Shown: positions 50,101 to 59,750 of the stretch, piece after piece | Layout: each line of letters begins with the position of its first letter | Numbering within the stretch: the first letter of the stretch is position 1 | Assembly: GCA_029775965.1 (NCBI GenBank) | Contig: JARVJU010000004.1 | Location: forward strand, 26,524 to 90,523 | DNA length: 64,000 nucleotides | DNA from: Nitrososphaeria archaeon | Lineage (GTDB): Archaea > Thermoproteota > Nitrososphaeria > Conexivisphaerales > DTJL01 | Direction: 5' to 3' | Position numbers and translations under genes: made by a program | Notes under the pieces: generated by a model | Database searches by the model: none | What the model saw: the letters and a program-made list of their open reading frames with translations, nothing else | What the model was told of the DNA's origin: nothing

Positions 50101-50137
50101 GTGAACTACCCCGCCCTTGAGGACGGGGTCTTCTTGC
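50101..50137 (-). repeat. solo 37-nt IS200/IS605 right-end hairpin module
   Basis: The minus strand reads GCAAGAAGA-CCCCGTCC-TCAA-GGGCGGGG-TAGTTCAC. The termini and architecture match the copies at 9171-9204 and 61709-61744. Confidence 0.6.
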
Positions 50138-50184
50138 GAGATTAGATAAAACCCTTTTTAATTCATATTTGCACTCTTTGCGTT

Positions 50185-50748
50185 GTGAAATTAGTAGTAG
50201 CTATAACAGGCGCAAGCGGTGCCATATATGGTGTAAGGCTACTTTATGCATTGAAAACTCTAGGGATCGAAAGGCATGTGATTTTATCAAAGGCAGGTGA
50301 AATGACTCTGAAGTATGAGACAGGCATGGACTCCTCCAGCATAAAGGAGCTGGCCTCGAGATACTATGATGAATCAGAAATAGATGCACCAATAAGTAGC
50401 GGGTCCTTTAAGACCGAAGGCATGATAATAGCTCCATGCAGTACAAAATCTTTAGCTTCAATAGCGCATGGACTTGAGATCAACCTTACTTCCAGAGCTG
50501 CCATGGTTACACTTAAGGAGAGACGAAGGCTGTTGCTTTTATTGAGGGAAACACCTCTTACTATAATCCATATAAAAAATATGCTTGCAGCTGCGGAGGC
50601 AGGAGCAATAATCATGCCTGCTTCTCCTTCCTTTTACAGCAAACCAAAAACTATAGAGCAGATGGTAGACCAGACGGTAGGCAGAATCCTTGACCTCTTT
50701 GGCGTGGAGCATCAGCTTGTAAAAAGATGGAAAGGAAAGGAGGAGTAG
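50185..50748 (+). CDS. ubiX: flavin prenyltransferase UbiX
   Basis: VVAITGASGAIYG, IAPCSTKSLASIAHG and RERRRLLLLLRETP-like blocks. 187 aa. GTG start. Confidence 0.9.
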   Translation: MKLVVAITGASGAIYGVRLLYALKTLGIERHVILSKAGEMTLKYETGMDSSSIKELASRYYDESEIDAPISSGSFKTEGMIIAPCSTKSLASIAHGLEINLTSRAAMVTLKERRRLLLLLRETPLTIIHIKNMLAAAEAGAIIMPASPSFYSKPKTIEQMVDQTVGRILDLFGVEHQLVKRWKGKEE

Positions 50749-51446
50749 ACTTTAAATTGACCCGTTATGCATTCGTATCGGATATTCATTCAAATTTCGA
50801 TGCTCTTAAGCAGGTTGCAAAAGACCTAGAAGGTATGGATATCTTTGTTGTAGGTGATATTGTAGGTTATGGGTCCGAGCCAGACGCAGTGGTACAATGG
50901 GTTGCTTCTCGTTGTAAAGCAGCCGTTAGGGGGAATCATGACGATGCTACTGTTACTGGCGATACGAGCTGGTTCAATTCCTCAGCTGCAATGGCCATAG
51001 AATGGACAAGAGGAAGATTGAGTGGTCCATCTTTCAGCTACCTTTCTTCCCTACCATTATCGCGAAGACTTGTCCTAGATGGGCTCAAAGTTCTTCTTGT
51101 TCATGGTAGCCCAGAAGATCCACTGCATGAATACGTATTTCCTCAGACTCATGAAAATCTTTTCGACTACTACCTTTCAAAATACGATGCTGACATAATA
51201 GTTCTCGGGCATACCCATGTCCCTTTTGCTGCGAAGATGATACATGGGTTGATCTTTAACCCAGGGAGTGTAGGTCAGCCGAGAGATGGGATACCGAAGG
51301 CAAGCTATTCCATACTAGAAATAAAGGATAATGAGGCGAAAGTACAGAATTACAGAGTAAATTATGATATAGAATCAGCAGCCAAGAAGATATTTGAAGC
51401 GGGTTTGCCAAGACAGTTTGGCCTTAGGTTGTATTCAGGTTATTAG
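50727..51446 (+). CDS. metallophosphoesterase (YfcE/MJ0936-like)
   Basis: VSDIHSN, VGDIVGYG, GNHD, LVHGSP and GHTH. The start is either ATG 50727 (22-nt overlap with ubiX) or TTG 50757, which is preceded by AGGAGGAG. Confidence 0.8.
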   Translation: MERKGGVDFKLTRYAFVSDIHSNFDALKQVAKDLEGMDIFVVGDIVGYGSEPDAVVQWVASRCKAAVRGNHDDATVTGDTSWFNSSAAMAIEWTRGRLSGPSFSYLSSLPLSRRLVLDGLKVLLVHGSPEDPLHEYVFPQTHENLFDYYLSKYDADIIVLGHTHVPFAAKMIHGLIFNPGSVGQPRDGIPKASYSILEIKDNEAKVQNYRVNYDIESAAKKIFEAGLPRQFGLRLYSGY

Positions 51447-51487
51447 CTAGCATCGTTAAAATATGCGAAAAGTTCAACCCGACAGGA

Positions 51488-52261
51488 ATGAACGATCCAC
51501 CAGATCCAATTTCAAAAGAACTGACGCTGATAGCCTTATCTGGCTTACCTGAAATAAAACAGGGTGACGATATCGCCTCTGAGATCTTTAAGGCGCAGAA
51601 GAAGCTAGCTATAGATTTCGAAGACGGAGATATATATGTGATAGCTCAGAAAGTAGTATCAAAGGCTGAAGGCAGAGTGGCCAAAATTAATAGCATAGCT
51701 CCCTCTGTATTTTCCTCTGAATTTGCAAAATTTTTGTCTAAGGATCCAAGGGAAGTCGAACTCATACTCAGGGAGAGCAAGTCAGTAGTCAGGGCTAGGC
51801 GTGGAATCCTGATAACTGAAACAAAAAGAGGCATAGTCTGCGCCAACGCTGGAATAGACAGGTCAAACGTAATGGGAGATGACTCTGCTCTTCTCTTGCC
51901 TGAAAACCCTGATAGGTCTGCGTTGAAGATAAGGAAAAGACTTGAGAAGCTTACTGGCAAAATGCTTGCTGTTATAATATCTGATACCTTTGGCCGGCCT
52001 TGGCGCGAAGGACAAGTTGACTTTGCTATAGGAGTTTCAGGTATCTCCTGTTTCAGAGATTACAGAGGAAAGAGGGATATGTACGATAGAGTACTGAGAG
52101 TGACCAGAATAGCTCAGGTTGACGAAATAGCTGCTGCAGCAGAGCTACTGATGGGAAAGGCGAGGTCTATTCCCGTTGTGCTCATGAAAGGGTACAGCTT
52201 CGAAAGGGAAGATGGCTCAAAGAAGCTGCTGAGAAGGATAACACGTGACCTATTCAGGTAG
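51488..52261 (+). CDS. cofE: F420-0:gamma-glutamyl ligase CofE
   Basis: VIAQKVVSKAEGR, GIVCANAGIDRSN, ISDTFGRPWREGQVDFAIG and IADEIAAAAELLMGK-like blocks. Confidence 0.85.
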   Translation: MNDPPDPISKELTLIALSGLPEIKQGDDIASEIFKAQKKLAIDFEDGDIYVIAQKVVSKAEGRVAKINSIAPSVFSSEFAKFLSKDPREVELILRESKSVVRARRGILITETKRGIVCANAGIDRSNVMGDDSALLLPENPDRSALKIRKRLEKLTGKMLAVIISDTFGRPWREGQVDFAIGVSGISCFRDYRGKRDMYDRVLRVTRIAQVDEIAAAAELLMGKARSIPVVLMKGYSFEREDGSKKLLRRITRDLFR

Positions 52262-53206
52262 ATACTGCTCTATCCTTTTCAGAATTTTCAATGCAAATTT
52301 TTCCTTTTCCTCTGCGGTATGCATAAGTGTATCAAGAACGATGCATTTGACGCCAAGGGACTCTATTTCATTTCTTAGCTCTTCATCTCTAACATCAAGC
52401 ACAAACGCATCTATGAAAGGGAGATAAAATCTGCATACACCTACTGGGCTTGGATCAATACCTAGAGATCTCATCATTCTGTCAGCAGGGCCCTTTATCG
52501 CTCTCCCTCCTACTATGGGTGTAACAGCTATTCTGAAAGCCCTTGCAGCTGTCAACCTTCTGTAAAAATCTCCTATTGCAAGTATTGGTCCGATACTAGC
52601 TATAGGATTGCTCGGACAGATGATCAATGCATCGGAAGTATCAAGATACGACTTAGCTTCTTCTGTAATTTCAGCACTGCCTGATCCCTCATACCTTATA
52701 GCTAAAACATCGGGTTGGGAATTGTACTTCACAAAATATTCCTCGAACGGTATCCACCCAGAAGATGTAAAAATCATAGTAGTCATCTTCCCGTTGGTTG
52801 CAGGTGCTATGTCCATATCTACACCAAGCAATCTTGCTACCTCTTTTGTGATGCTAGAAAGGGTGGCTCCCTGTGAAAGCCTCCAAGTTCTGTAGATGCT
52901 TACTGCTAGGTCAGCATCCCCCAGCATAAGATAAGGTTTAGCGTTCAACCTTTCGGAAAAACTCATAAAGTTGAATGTATCATTTTTTATTCCCCATCCC
53001 TTCAATTCATCTACAATACCAGCTAGAGTATAAGTAAGGATATCTATATCAGGACAAAGCCTTAGACCAAGTATATCTGAATCATCCCCGACGTTGACTA
53101 TTGCTCTAAGTTGAAGTTTCTCTCCGTTTCTGTTTCTGTATAGACCTTCTACCAGCTTTGATCCTCCTACACCCCCGCTGAGGCATGTTATTCTTTTACC
53201 ATTCAT
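52250..53206 (-). CDS. cofD: 2-phospho-L-lactate (or EPPG) transferase CofD
   Basis: ITCLSGGVGGSKL, ICPSNPIASIGPIL and the typical length of about 310 aa. Confidence 0.85.
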   Translation of the reverse strand: MNGKRITCLSGGVGGSKLVEGLYRNRNGEKLQLRAIVNVGDDSDILGLRLCPDIDILTYTLAGIVDELKGWGIKNDTFNFMSFSERLNAKPYLMLGDADLAVSIYRTWRLSQGATLSSITKEVARLLGVDMDIAPATNGKMTTMIFTSSGWIPFEEYFVKYNSQPDVLAIRYEGSGSAEITEEAKSYLDTSDALIICPSNPIASIGPILAIGDFYRRLTAARAFRIAVTPIVGGRAIKGPADRMMRSLGIDPSPVGVCRFYLPFIDAFVLDVRDEELRNEIESLGVKCIVLDTLMHTAEEKEKFALKILKRIEQYLPE

Positions 53207-53816
53207 TGAAATGCACCACCTCTTTCATATCCCTTACCTTCTTAGGCTTCGGTTTCTGCATGGGATATCCTAATTCTATCAATGCCTGAGGCTCCATACT
53301 ATGCGGAATGTTGAACTCTCTGTTTATATGGTTCGCCATAAACAGAGCAACACCCCTCCAGCATGCTCCCAGTCCTAATGCGGATGCAGCAAGCAGAATA
53401 TTTTGAGCCATGGCAGCTAAGGATTGGGTGCCCATTATCCATTCGTTACGAATTCTTCGCCAAGATGCTTCTTTTCGCAGCTCATCTCTTGCAAGGAAGA
53501 GAATCAGTATTACTGGAGCAGAAACAATCCTTTCTCTAGCTTTTCCAGCTTTTACTGTTGCTCCAGCTATATTTCTTGCAATGAGTGATTTGTAGTAGAG
53601 CTTCGATGCCAAGTCTGCAAGTTGTTCTTTCTTTGATGCATCATCAATTACGAGTATCCTCCACGCTTGAAGATTATGTGCTGAAGGAGCACTCAACGCG
53701 GCCTTCAGTATACCTATGATTTTATTGCGATCCACCTTCTTTGCTTCAAATCGCCTTATTGTTCTTCTCTGCAAAATTAATGCTAAACCTTCATCCATGC
53801 TATCCTTGCAGTGCAT
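53196..53816 (-). CDS. nitroreductase-family FMN protein translationally coupled to cofD
   Basis: RRTIRRF...V....I..IL.AA..APSAHNLQAWR is the nitroreductase N-terminal signature. The stop overlaps the cofD start by 11 nt. Confidence 0.75.
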   Translation of the reverse strand: MHCKDSMDEGLALILQRRTIRRFEAKKVDRNKIIGILKAALSAPSAHNLQAWRILVIDDASKKEQLADLASKLYYKSLIARNIAGATVKAGKARERIVSAPVILILFLARDELRKEASWRRIRNEWIMGTQSLAAMAQNILLAASALGLGACWRGVALFMANHINREFNIPHSMEPQALIELGYPMQKPKPKKVRDMKEVVHFNEW

Positions 53817-54117
53817 ATGCGATTTAAGACTTCGTTGATAGGCGTTTTATTTGGGTAGACTGTGCAAAGTTTATCCATGAATTTTATACGATATTCTTGC
53901 AAAAAAGTGGCATACTGAGTAGACAGGATAAATAAATACCTCTAATGCTGTTGAGCGTACCTTTGAATCGTCTGAGCACAGATATCACCAAGCTTTCAGG
54001 TGTTGTATGATGAGACCATAAAAATGCTAGCTTTGTTCCTTCAATTCTACTGTAAAAGGCTCAACGATTAAGGCGATGATAGAAACAGCTATTAATTGCT
54101 GCGAGCTAGTTTCACAT

Positions 54118-55902
54118 ATGGAGGACCTGCCCTATTCAGAGCTTGTAAAGTGCTACGAGACCATGTCTAATACTACTAGAAGGACAGAGCTTACGGAAGC
54201 TCTTGTTTCTTTCTACAAAAAGACACCGATCAAAGTTTTAAAGAAAGCTACCTACCTCAATCAGGGAAAGCTGTACCCCGATTACTTAGGAATAGAAATA
54301 GGTGTGGGAGAAAGACTTACAGAGCGTGCTATTAGCATCGCTTCAGGCCTGTCTGTAGAAGCTGTAAGGCAGCTGTACCGCAAACTCGGGGATTTGGGCA
54401 GCGCAGCACAGCAGGCACTAGAGTCAAAAAAACAGTACTCTTTGTACAAGGAAACTCTAACCATTTCTAAGGTCTATGATACACTGGACCAGATAGCTAA
54501 GACATCTGGCGAAGGTTCAGTCGACGAAAAGCTGAACCTCCTATCAGGTCTTCTGAGCAACGCGGATCCAGCTGAAGCGAAATACATAGTTAGAACTGCT
54601 ATAGGAAAGCTCAGACTAGGTATAGCTGATTATACAGTTCTGGATGCTCTGGCGATAGCCTTTGCCGGAGAAAAAGAATACAGAGAAGATCTTGAAAGGG
54701 CATACAATCTCTCTAGCGACCTTGGTGAAGTGGCAGAAGCAATAGCTTCTGGTGGATTAAAGGCCGTCCGCTCCATCAAGATAACCATAGGTAGGCCAGT
54801 TAGACCAATGCTTGCAGAAAGACTATCAAGTGCAAAGGAAATAATAGAAAAGATCGGGGGGCAATGTAGCGCAGAATACAAGTATGACGGGGAAAGAATG
54901 CAGATTCATAAGAATGATGAAAATGTGAGTATATTTTCAAGAAGATTAGAAGTGATAACTCACAACTATCCAGATGCGGTAAAGCTGGTACAATCTTCGA
55001 TAAAGGCAGACAGAGCTATACTTGAGTGTGAGGCTGTAGCTGTGGATCTGCAGACTGGCGAACTGCTGCCATTCCAGCAGCTTATGCACAGACGAAGAAA
55101 GTACGGTGTTGAGAGAGCCATGGAGGATATTCCTGTTTCTCTTTTCTTCTTCGATATTCTTATGGTTGATGACAAAGATTACACTATAAGACCGTATACA
55201 GAAAGGAGAAAGAAGCTTCAGGAAATAATAGAGGTAGGAGAAAGGGTGAAGGTTGCGCCTAATATAGTTACCAATCACCCAGAAGAATTGGAGAGATTCA
55301 TGCAGCAGGCTATTCAGGATGGTTGTGAAGGTCTCGTAGTCAAGGACCTGCACAGTAGCTACAAAGCAGGTGCAAGGGCATTCTCCTGGATAAAGCTCAA
55401 AAGGGAGTACAGAAGTGAACTGACAGATACCATAGACCTAGCTATAGTTGGAGCATTCCATGGACGAGGGAGAAGGACGGGTGTATATGGCGCCTTTCTG
55501 CTGGCTGCCTATGACAGTGAGGATGATACATTCAAGACAACCTCAAAGGTGGGGACAGGCTTCTCCGATGACGACCTGAAGACTATCACAAATGAACTTG
55601 AGCAATATAAACTCCCACACAGAAGCCCTAGGGTCTTATCTGAGATGGAAGCGGATGTATGGTTCCAGCCTGCGCTAGTCATAGAAGTTATAGCATCAGA
55701 AATAACGCTAAGCCCTATCCATACAGCAGGTAGAGGAAGGATAAGACAGGATTCTGGGCTAGCATTGCGTTTTCCTAAATTCACAGGAAACATAAGGAGG
55801 GATAAGGCTGCAGAGGATGCTACTACTGTGAATGAGCTGGTAGAAATGTACAATTCGCAACTGAAGAAGGTGGAAGCATCTCCTGAAGAACTTCAAAGAT
55901 GA
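54118..55902 (+). CDS. lig: ATP-dependent DNA ligase, paralogue 2 (canonical archaeal Lig1-like)
   Basis: Motif I AEYKYDGERMQIH, motif III FFFDILM, motif IV EGLVVKD, motif V SWIKLKREY, plus LRFPKFTGNIRRDK. The start could be ATG 54118 or ATG 54076. Confidence 0.9.
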   Translation: MEDLPYSELVKCYETMSNTTRRTELTEALVSFYKKTPIKVLKKATYLNQGKLYPDYLGIEIGVGERLTERAISIASGLSVEAVRQLYRKLGDLGSAAQQALESKKQYSLYKETLTISKVYDTLDQIAKTSGEGSVDEKLNLLSGLLSNADPAEAKYIVRTAIGKLRLGIADYTVLDALAIAFAGEKEYREDLERAYNLSSDLGEVAEAIASGGLKAVRSIKITIGRPVRPMLAERLSSAKEIIEKIGGQCSAEYKYDGERMQIHKNDENVSIFSRRLEVITHNYPDAVKLVQSSIKADRAILECEAVAVDLQTGELLPFQQLMHRRRKYGVERAMEDIPVSLFFFDILMVDDKDYTIRPYTERRKKLQEIIEVGERVKVAPNIVTNHPEELERFMQQAIQDGCEGLVVKDLHSSYKAGARAFSWIKLKREYRSELTDTIDLAIVGAFHGRGRRTGVYGAFLLAAYDSEDDTFKTTSKVGTGFSDDDLKTITNELEQYKLPHRSPRVLSEMEADVWFQPALVIEVIASEITLSPIHTAGRGRIRQDSGLALRFPKFTGNIRRDKAAEDATTVNELVEMYNSQLKKVEASPEELQR

Positions 55903-56094
55903 AGAAATAAATAAGATTATTTACAACTGCAACACTACTATCTTATATATGCATTGATGCATAAAACATGTATAACATTACGTTGCGAGGTGAGCATATA
56001 TTTGCAGTAAAACTTGGCAAAAAGTTACGGGACTCTTTTTTTACATGAAAGATTTATAACATCTGCTTGTGACTAATACGTCCGCAGGTCTAGT

Positions 56095-56748
56095 ATGTAT
56101 ACAGGAGAAGCTGAAATCCAAGCCAGACGCAGAATGCTAGCTGTGCTCTTGGATGAGAGTAGAAGAGTGCTAGATGCAGCTAGAGAGCTTGCAAACCTAA
56201 ACTCTGCCTTGGTAGTCAACGATCAAGAGGGAGTCACAAAGGCACTTGAAAGTCTGCATCTAGCTATAAGCGACGTGGAGGCATTCAGACGCTCTCTTAG
56301 CAGGCAGCTTGCTGAAGTAGGAAGCATGCTGATGAACAGAGAGGATATGCTAAGAGCAGCATACACAATAGAAACAGTTGCAAGTTACATAGAAAGCATA
56401 TCATTCAGAATCTCGCAGCTGAAGATGTCATCACTGAAGAAATCGGGTATCACTGATGATTTCAGAATACTTTTTGACCAGATAATAGACATAGTTAGCA
56501 AGACAAATGAAACAGTAAGAGCTCTTCATTTTAACCCGTCAAAGGTGAATGATCTCATTCAATCAGTTGAAAAGGCAGAAAGACAGATGGATGAAAAGTA
56601 CAGGTCCTCCATCACAAAAGCGATCAAAGAGATAAATGACTTCAAGGAATTGATGCTCGTCAAAGACGTCTTGGAGAGGATAGAAACAGTTTCGGACCTA
56701 TCTTTGTCGCTTGCTGACCTAGTAATGATAATATCCCTTGGAATGTAG
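56095..56748 (+). CDS. DUF47 / PhoU-like helical protein
   Basis: All-helical, 217 aa, with two repeated E..aD/ER.mDe-type segments as in TIGR00153-like PhoU relatives. Confidence 0.5.
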   Translation: MYTGEAEIQARRRMLAVLLDESRRVLDAARELANLNSALVVNDQEGVTKALESLHLAISDVEAFRRSLSRQLAEVGSMLMNREDMLRAAYTIETVASYIESISFRISQLKMSSLKKSGITDDFRILFDQIIDIVSKTNETVRALHFNPSKVNDLIQSVEKAERQMDEKYRSSITKAIKEINDFKELMLVKDVLERIETVSDLSLSLADLVMIISLGM

Positions 56749-57290
56749 TGAAGAAGTTGATCAGAGCTGAGCTGATAGAGAACAGGGTTGTCGTATGGAA
56801 TATTGAAGATTCTAGAAGGCTCTACTCCGAGGGCTTCTATGGCAAGCCACTGGGTGTACCAAAGCCAAAGGGAACAAATTTCGACTCACCACTTATCCTT
56901 GACCTGATCGAAGCGCTGTACCTGCTGAAAAAGAAAAAGATAGTTATTTACCATAAAAAATTGAATGTTAGCTATAAAGAGCTTGTAAAAAGATGCGAAA
57001 AGGAATATGTTGGTTTTAAGGAGAAATTCATAGTTTACCAGAACCTGAGAGACCTTGGATATGTTGTAGCTCCTGGTATCAAATTCGGCTGTGATTTTGC
57101 AGTGTACAAAAAAGGGCCTGGGATAGATCATGCACCTTTCCTAGTAGATGTTATGAAGCCCAACGATTATGTCACTGCTACTAGCATGGTACTGTCAGGC
57201 AGACTGGCAACTACAGTTAGAAAACAGTTCGTGATAGCTTCAGTTGGAAGAATTCCTCAATATATATCGTTCGACTGGTGGAAAGGATAA
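56748..57290 (+). CDS. endA: tRNA-splicing endonuclease EndA
   Basis: FYGKPLG, LDLIEALYL, YQNLRDLGYVV..G.KFGCDFAVYKKGPG..HAPFLV are the catalytic Y/H/K contexts. Confidence 0.85.
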   Translation: MKKLIRAELIENRVVVWNIEDSRRLYSEGFYGKPLGVPKPKGTNFDSPLILDLIEALYLLKKKKIVIYHKKLNVSYKELVKRCEKEYVGFKEKFIVYQNLRDLGYVVAPGIKFGCDFAVYKKGPGIDHAPFLVDVMKPNDYVTATSMVLSGRLATTVRKQFVIASVGRIPQYISFDWWKG

Positions 57291-57554
57291 CATCCCTAGC
57301 TAAATGAATTTTCCGATTCTGCAAGATACTCGAAAAATGCGCTTTTACTAAAAGGATCCAAAGGAAACGCCAGACTTTAGGCAGGTTAATGTCAACAAAG
57401 CATAAATCGAGGCATGAGATAAGCTGATGCATCTATATTTGCCAGAATAAAAATACAGATTTGCTCCCTAGCTCTTAAAGGATTTGAATTGTTAGAACAA
57501 TTTGTCTTTCAGAACAACTTGTCTGTCGATTGAAGATGAAAAAGCCTATAGTTA

Positions 57555-58490
57555 TTAAGGCTCTGGGTAGAGCTCCCTCATAAGGAAGACTATTCCCTGA
57601 GGTGGGTATATACCCTGCTCCGTTATTATTATATCAATATACTCTGGTGGCGTTACGTCGAAGGCAGGATTCTTGACCTGCACCTTCGGGTTCTCCTTTA
57701 TCCAAGAGCGCGGCACCACTTCAAATGGAGATCTTTGCTCTATCTCTACAAGTTCTCCAAGCATTGTTGTTGGATGAAGTTTATACGTCTCCGCCGCAAC
57801 GTAAAACCTTGACCTACTTTCATGTGCGACAAGCGCTATCTGCGAAGTGCCTATTTTGTTCACTACAGCTCCGTTGGATGCAATAGCATCTGCCCCAACA
57901 AGCACCTTATCCACCTTATGCATATAGAGTCTAGCTGCAGAGTCAGGAATAAGATAGACAGTTATTCCCCTCTTAGCTAACACAGAAGCTGTAAGTCTTC
58001 CTTGGTATCTTGGTCTCGTCTCAGTGACATATACTTCAAAATTCTTCCCCGATTTCTTTGCATTAGTGAAGATTGCAGTAACAGCTTCGCTGTTACAATG
58101 CGTAAGTATAATATCTCCGTCTACAATCCTCTTTGAACCTATGTTTGCTATAGCCTGTATGGCTCTTTCACTCGTCCTGATAAAATGGTTACATGACTCT
58201 GATATCAGCTCCTTAAGCTCCTTCACGGATATGTTGCGCTCCCTATTCTTCTTTGCGACTGAAAGGACCAAGTTTACAGCGTTTGGCAAAGAAACAGCTG
58301 TAGGTCTTGCAGACTTCAACTTCATACCTGCCCTGAGTATCTTATCATACAGTTCTTGGTTTGAAGAGAAATCTGTAGTGCTTACGTAGTCTTTGAGCGC
58401 CTTTACAGCAGCCCTAGCTATTCTTCCCGCACCTCTAATCCTCATATCTCTGATCATTCTGAAAGTTTCGTCGATCGGATCTTCAGCCAT
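57555..58490 (-). CDS. aIF-2B family protein, ribose-1,5-bisphosphate isomerase-like
   Basis: IRGAGRIA, SARPTAVSL, ILTHCNSEAV (Cys), VGADAIASNGAVVNKIGT (Asp) and NPAFDVTP. Confidence 0.75.
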   Translation of the reverse strand: MAEDPIDETFRMIRDMRIRGAGRIARAAVKALKDYVSTTDFSSNQELYDKILRAGMKLKSARPTAVSLPNAVNLVLSVAKKNRERNISVKELKELISESCNHFIRTSERAIQAIANIGSKRIVDGDIILTHCNSEAVTAIFTNAKKSGKNFEVYVTETRPRYQGRLTASVLAKRGITVYLIPDSAARLYMHKVDKVLVGADAIASNGAVVNKIGTSQIALVAHESRSRFYVAAETYKLHPTTMLGELVEIEQRSPFEVVPRSWIKENPKVQVKNPAFDVTPPEYIDIIITEQGIYPPQGIVFLMRELYPEP

Positions 58491-58565
58491 CCCATCTCTA
58501 CAGAAACATCTTACTCAAAACTCTATCCATCCATGCTTAACGCTAGCTGCTATCGCATACTATTT

Positions 58566-58826
58566 CTACTGTTTTGACACTACTTCCCCAAGGGCAAAGC
58601 TTGGCCTTATCTGAGATATCCTGATCTTTACTTTGTCACCCTGCTTTGTATTGGGTACAAAGATCACGTACCCTTGCACTCTGGTCAATCCATCCCCCTT
58701 TTTGCTGACCTCCGTGATATCCACTTCGAGCTCATCTCCAACTTTGACAGGTTTTGGTTTGAAGTAGGAGCGAGGAAGTCTTCTACTCTCAGCTTGCCCT
58801 TGCTGATTTGGAGTCGTATCTTCCAA
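58566..58826 (-). CDS. TRAM domain protein
   Basis: PVKVGDELEVDITEVSKKGDGLTRVQGYVIFVPNTKQGDKVKIRI is a TRAM OB-fold pattern. Confidence 0.75.
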   Translation of the reverse strand: MEDTTPNQQGQAESRRLPRSYFKPKPVKVGDELEVDITEVSKKGDGLTRVQGYVIFVPNTKQGDKVKIRISQIRPSFALGEVVSKQ

Positions 58827-58939
58827 CTGTGGTATAACCCCTTTACAATGTGTTCCTAAGGAGTGCTATATAAATCTTGAAGTTGGTATAGCCATGTACT
58901 GCAATACGGTTAAAAGGGGATTGCAGCGATGCGGCATGA

Positions 58940-59707
58940 ATGAAGGAGAAGATTTCTGACGGCGACTACGTATTGTTGTATAGTAAAGGGAAGACATGGC
59001 TTGTGAAGGTGCAGGAATCAAAGGATTTTCACACACATTTAGGGAGGCTTGAGCTAGGAAGGCTGATAGGGGAGCCATATGGGAAAGCGATAAGTACTGA
59101 CTCAGGAAACATACTATATGCCTTGAAACCAACTATAGAAGATTTTGTGATGAAATGTGAGAGGCAGACACAGATAGTCTACCCCAAGGATCTGGGATTA
59201 ATAGCTATAAGGGCAAATTTAGCCTCCGGGGCAAGGGTCATAGAAGCTGGCTCTGGAAGTGGTGCTCTAACGATGTTTTTGGCCCATCTTGTCAAAAAGG
59301 AGGGAAGGGTTTATTCATATGAGATAAGGGAGGAATTTCAGAAGATAGCCCGCAGAAACGTAAAGAGGGCAGGACTAGACCAGTATGTAGAATTCAAACT
59401 GAAGGATGCAAGCCAAGGGTTTGATGAGGAAGATGTTGACGCTGTAATAATAGATGTTGGCGACCCATGGCAACTTATCCCAAAAGCTGTTACAGCATTA
59501 AAAGAATCAGGATCAATTATATGTATCACACCCACAATGAATCAGACGGAAAAGGTTGCAGAAGAGATGAAGAATGCCGGTCTGGTCAGGGTTCAAAGTT
59601 TTGAAGTATTCTTAAGAGGTATAGAGGCAAGGCTGGGGAAAACAAGGCCATCCAGCATGATGATAGGCCACACTGCATATATAACATCAGCTGTGAAGGT
59701 TGTTTAG
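58940..59707 (+). CDS. trmI: tRNA (adenine-N1)-methyltransferase TrmI/Gcd14 family
   Basis: IVYPKDLGLI, and VIEAGSGSGALT is the SAM motif I. DAVIIDVGDPW. Confidence 0.85.
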   Translation: MKEKISDGDYVLLYSKGKTWLVKVQESKDFHTHLGRLELGRLIGEPYGKAISTDSGNILYALKPTIEDFVMKCERQTQIVYPKDLGLIAIRANLASGARVIEAGSGSGALTMFLAHLVKKEGRVYSYEIREEFQKIARRNVKRAGLDQYVEFKLKDASQGFDEEDVDAVIIDVGDPWQLIPKAVTALKESGSIICITPTMNQTEKVAEEMKNAGLVRVQSFEVFLRGIEARLGKTRPSSMMIGHTAYITSAVKVV

Positions 59708-59750
59708 TGATGGTGTAGCAGCTCCCCAGACTGTTACCTATGGCAAACGC

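Noticed and set aside
54003-54075. AUGAUGA (a C-box-like heptamer) upstream of the second ligase, considered as a possible C/D-box sRNA.
   Set aside because: No CUGA D or D' box follows at the required spacing on that strand, and no C' box is present. I found no convincing C/D-box sRNA anywhere in the window.
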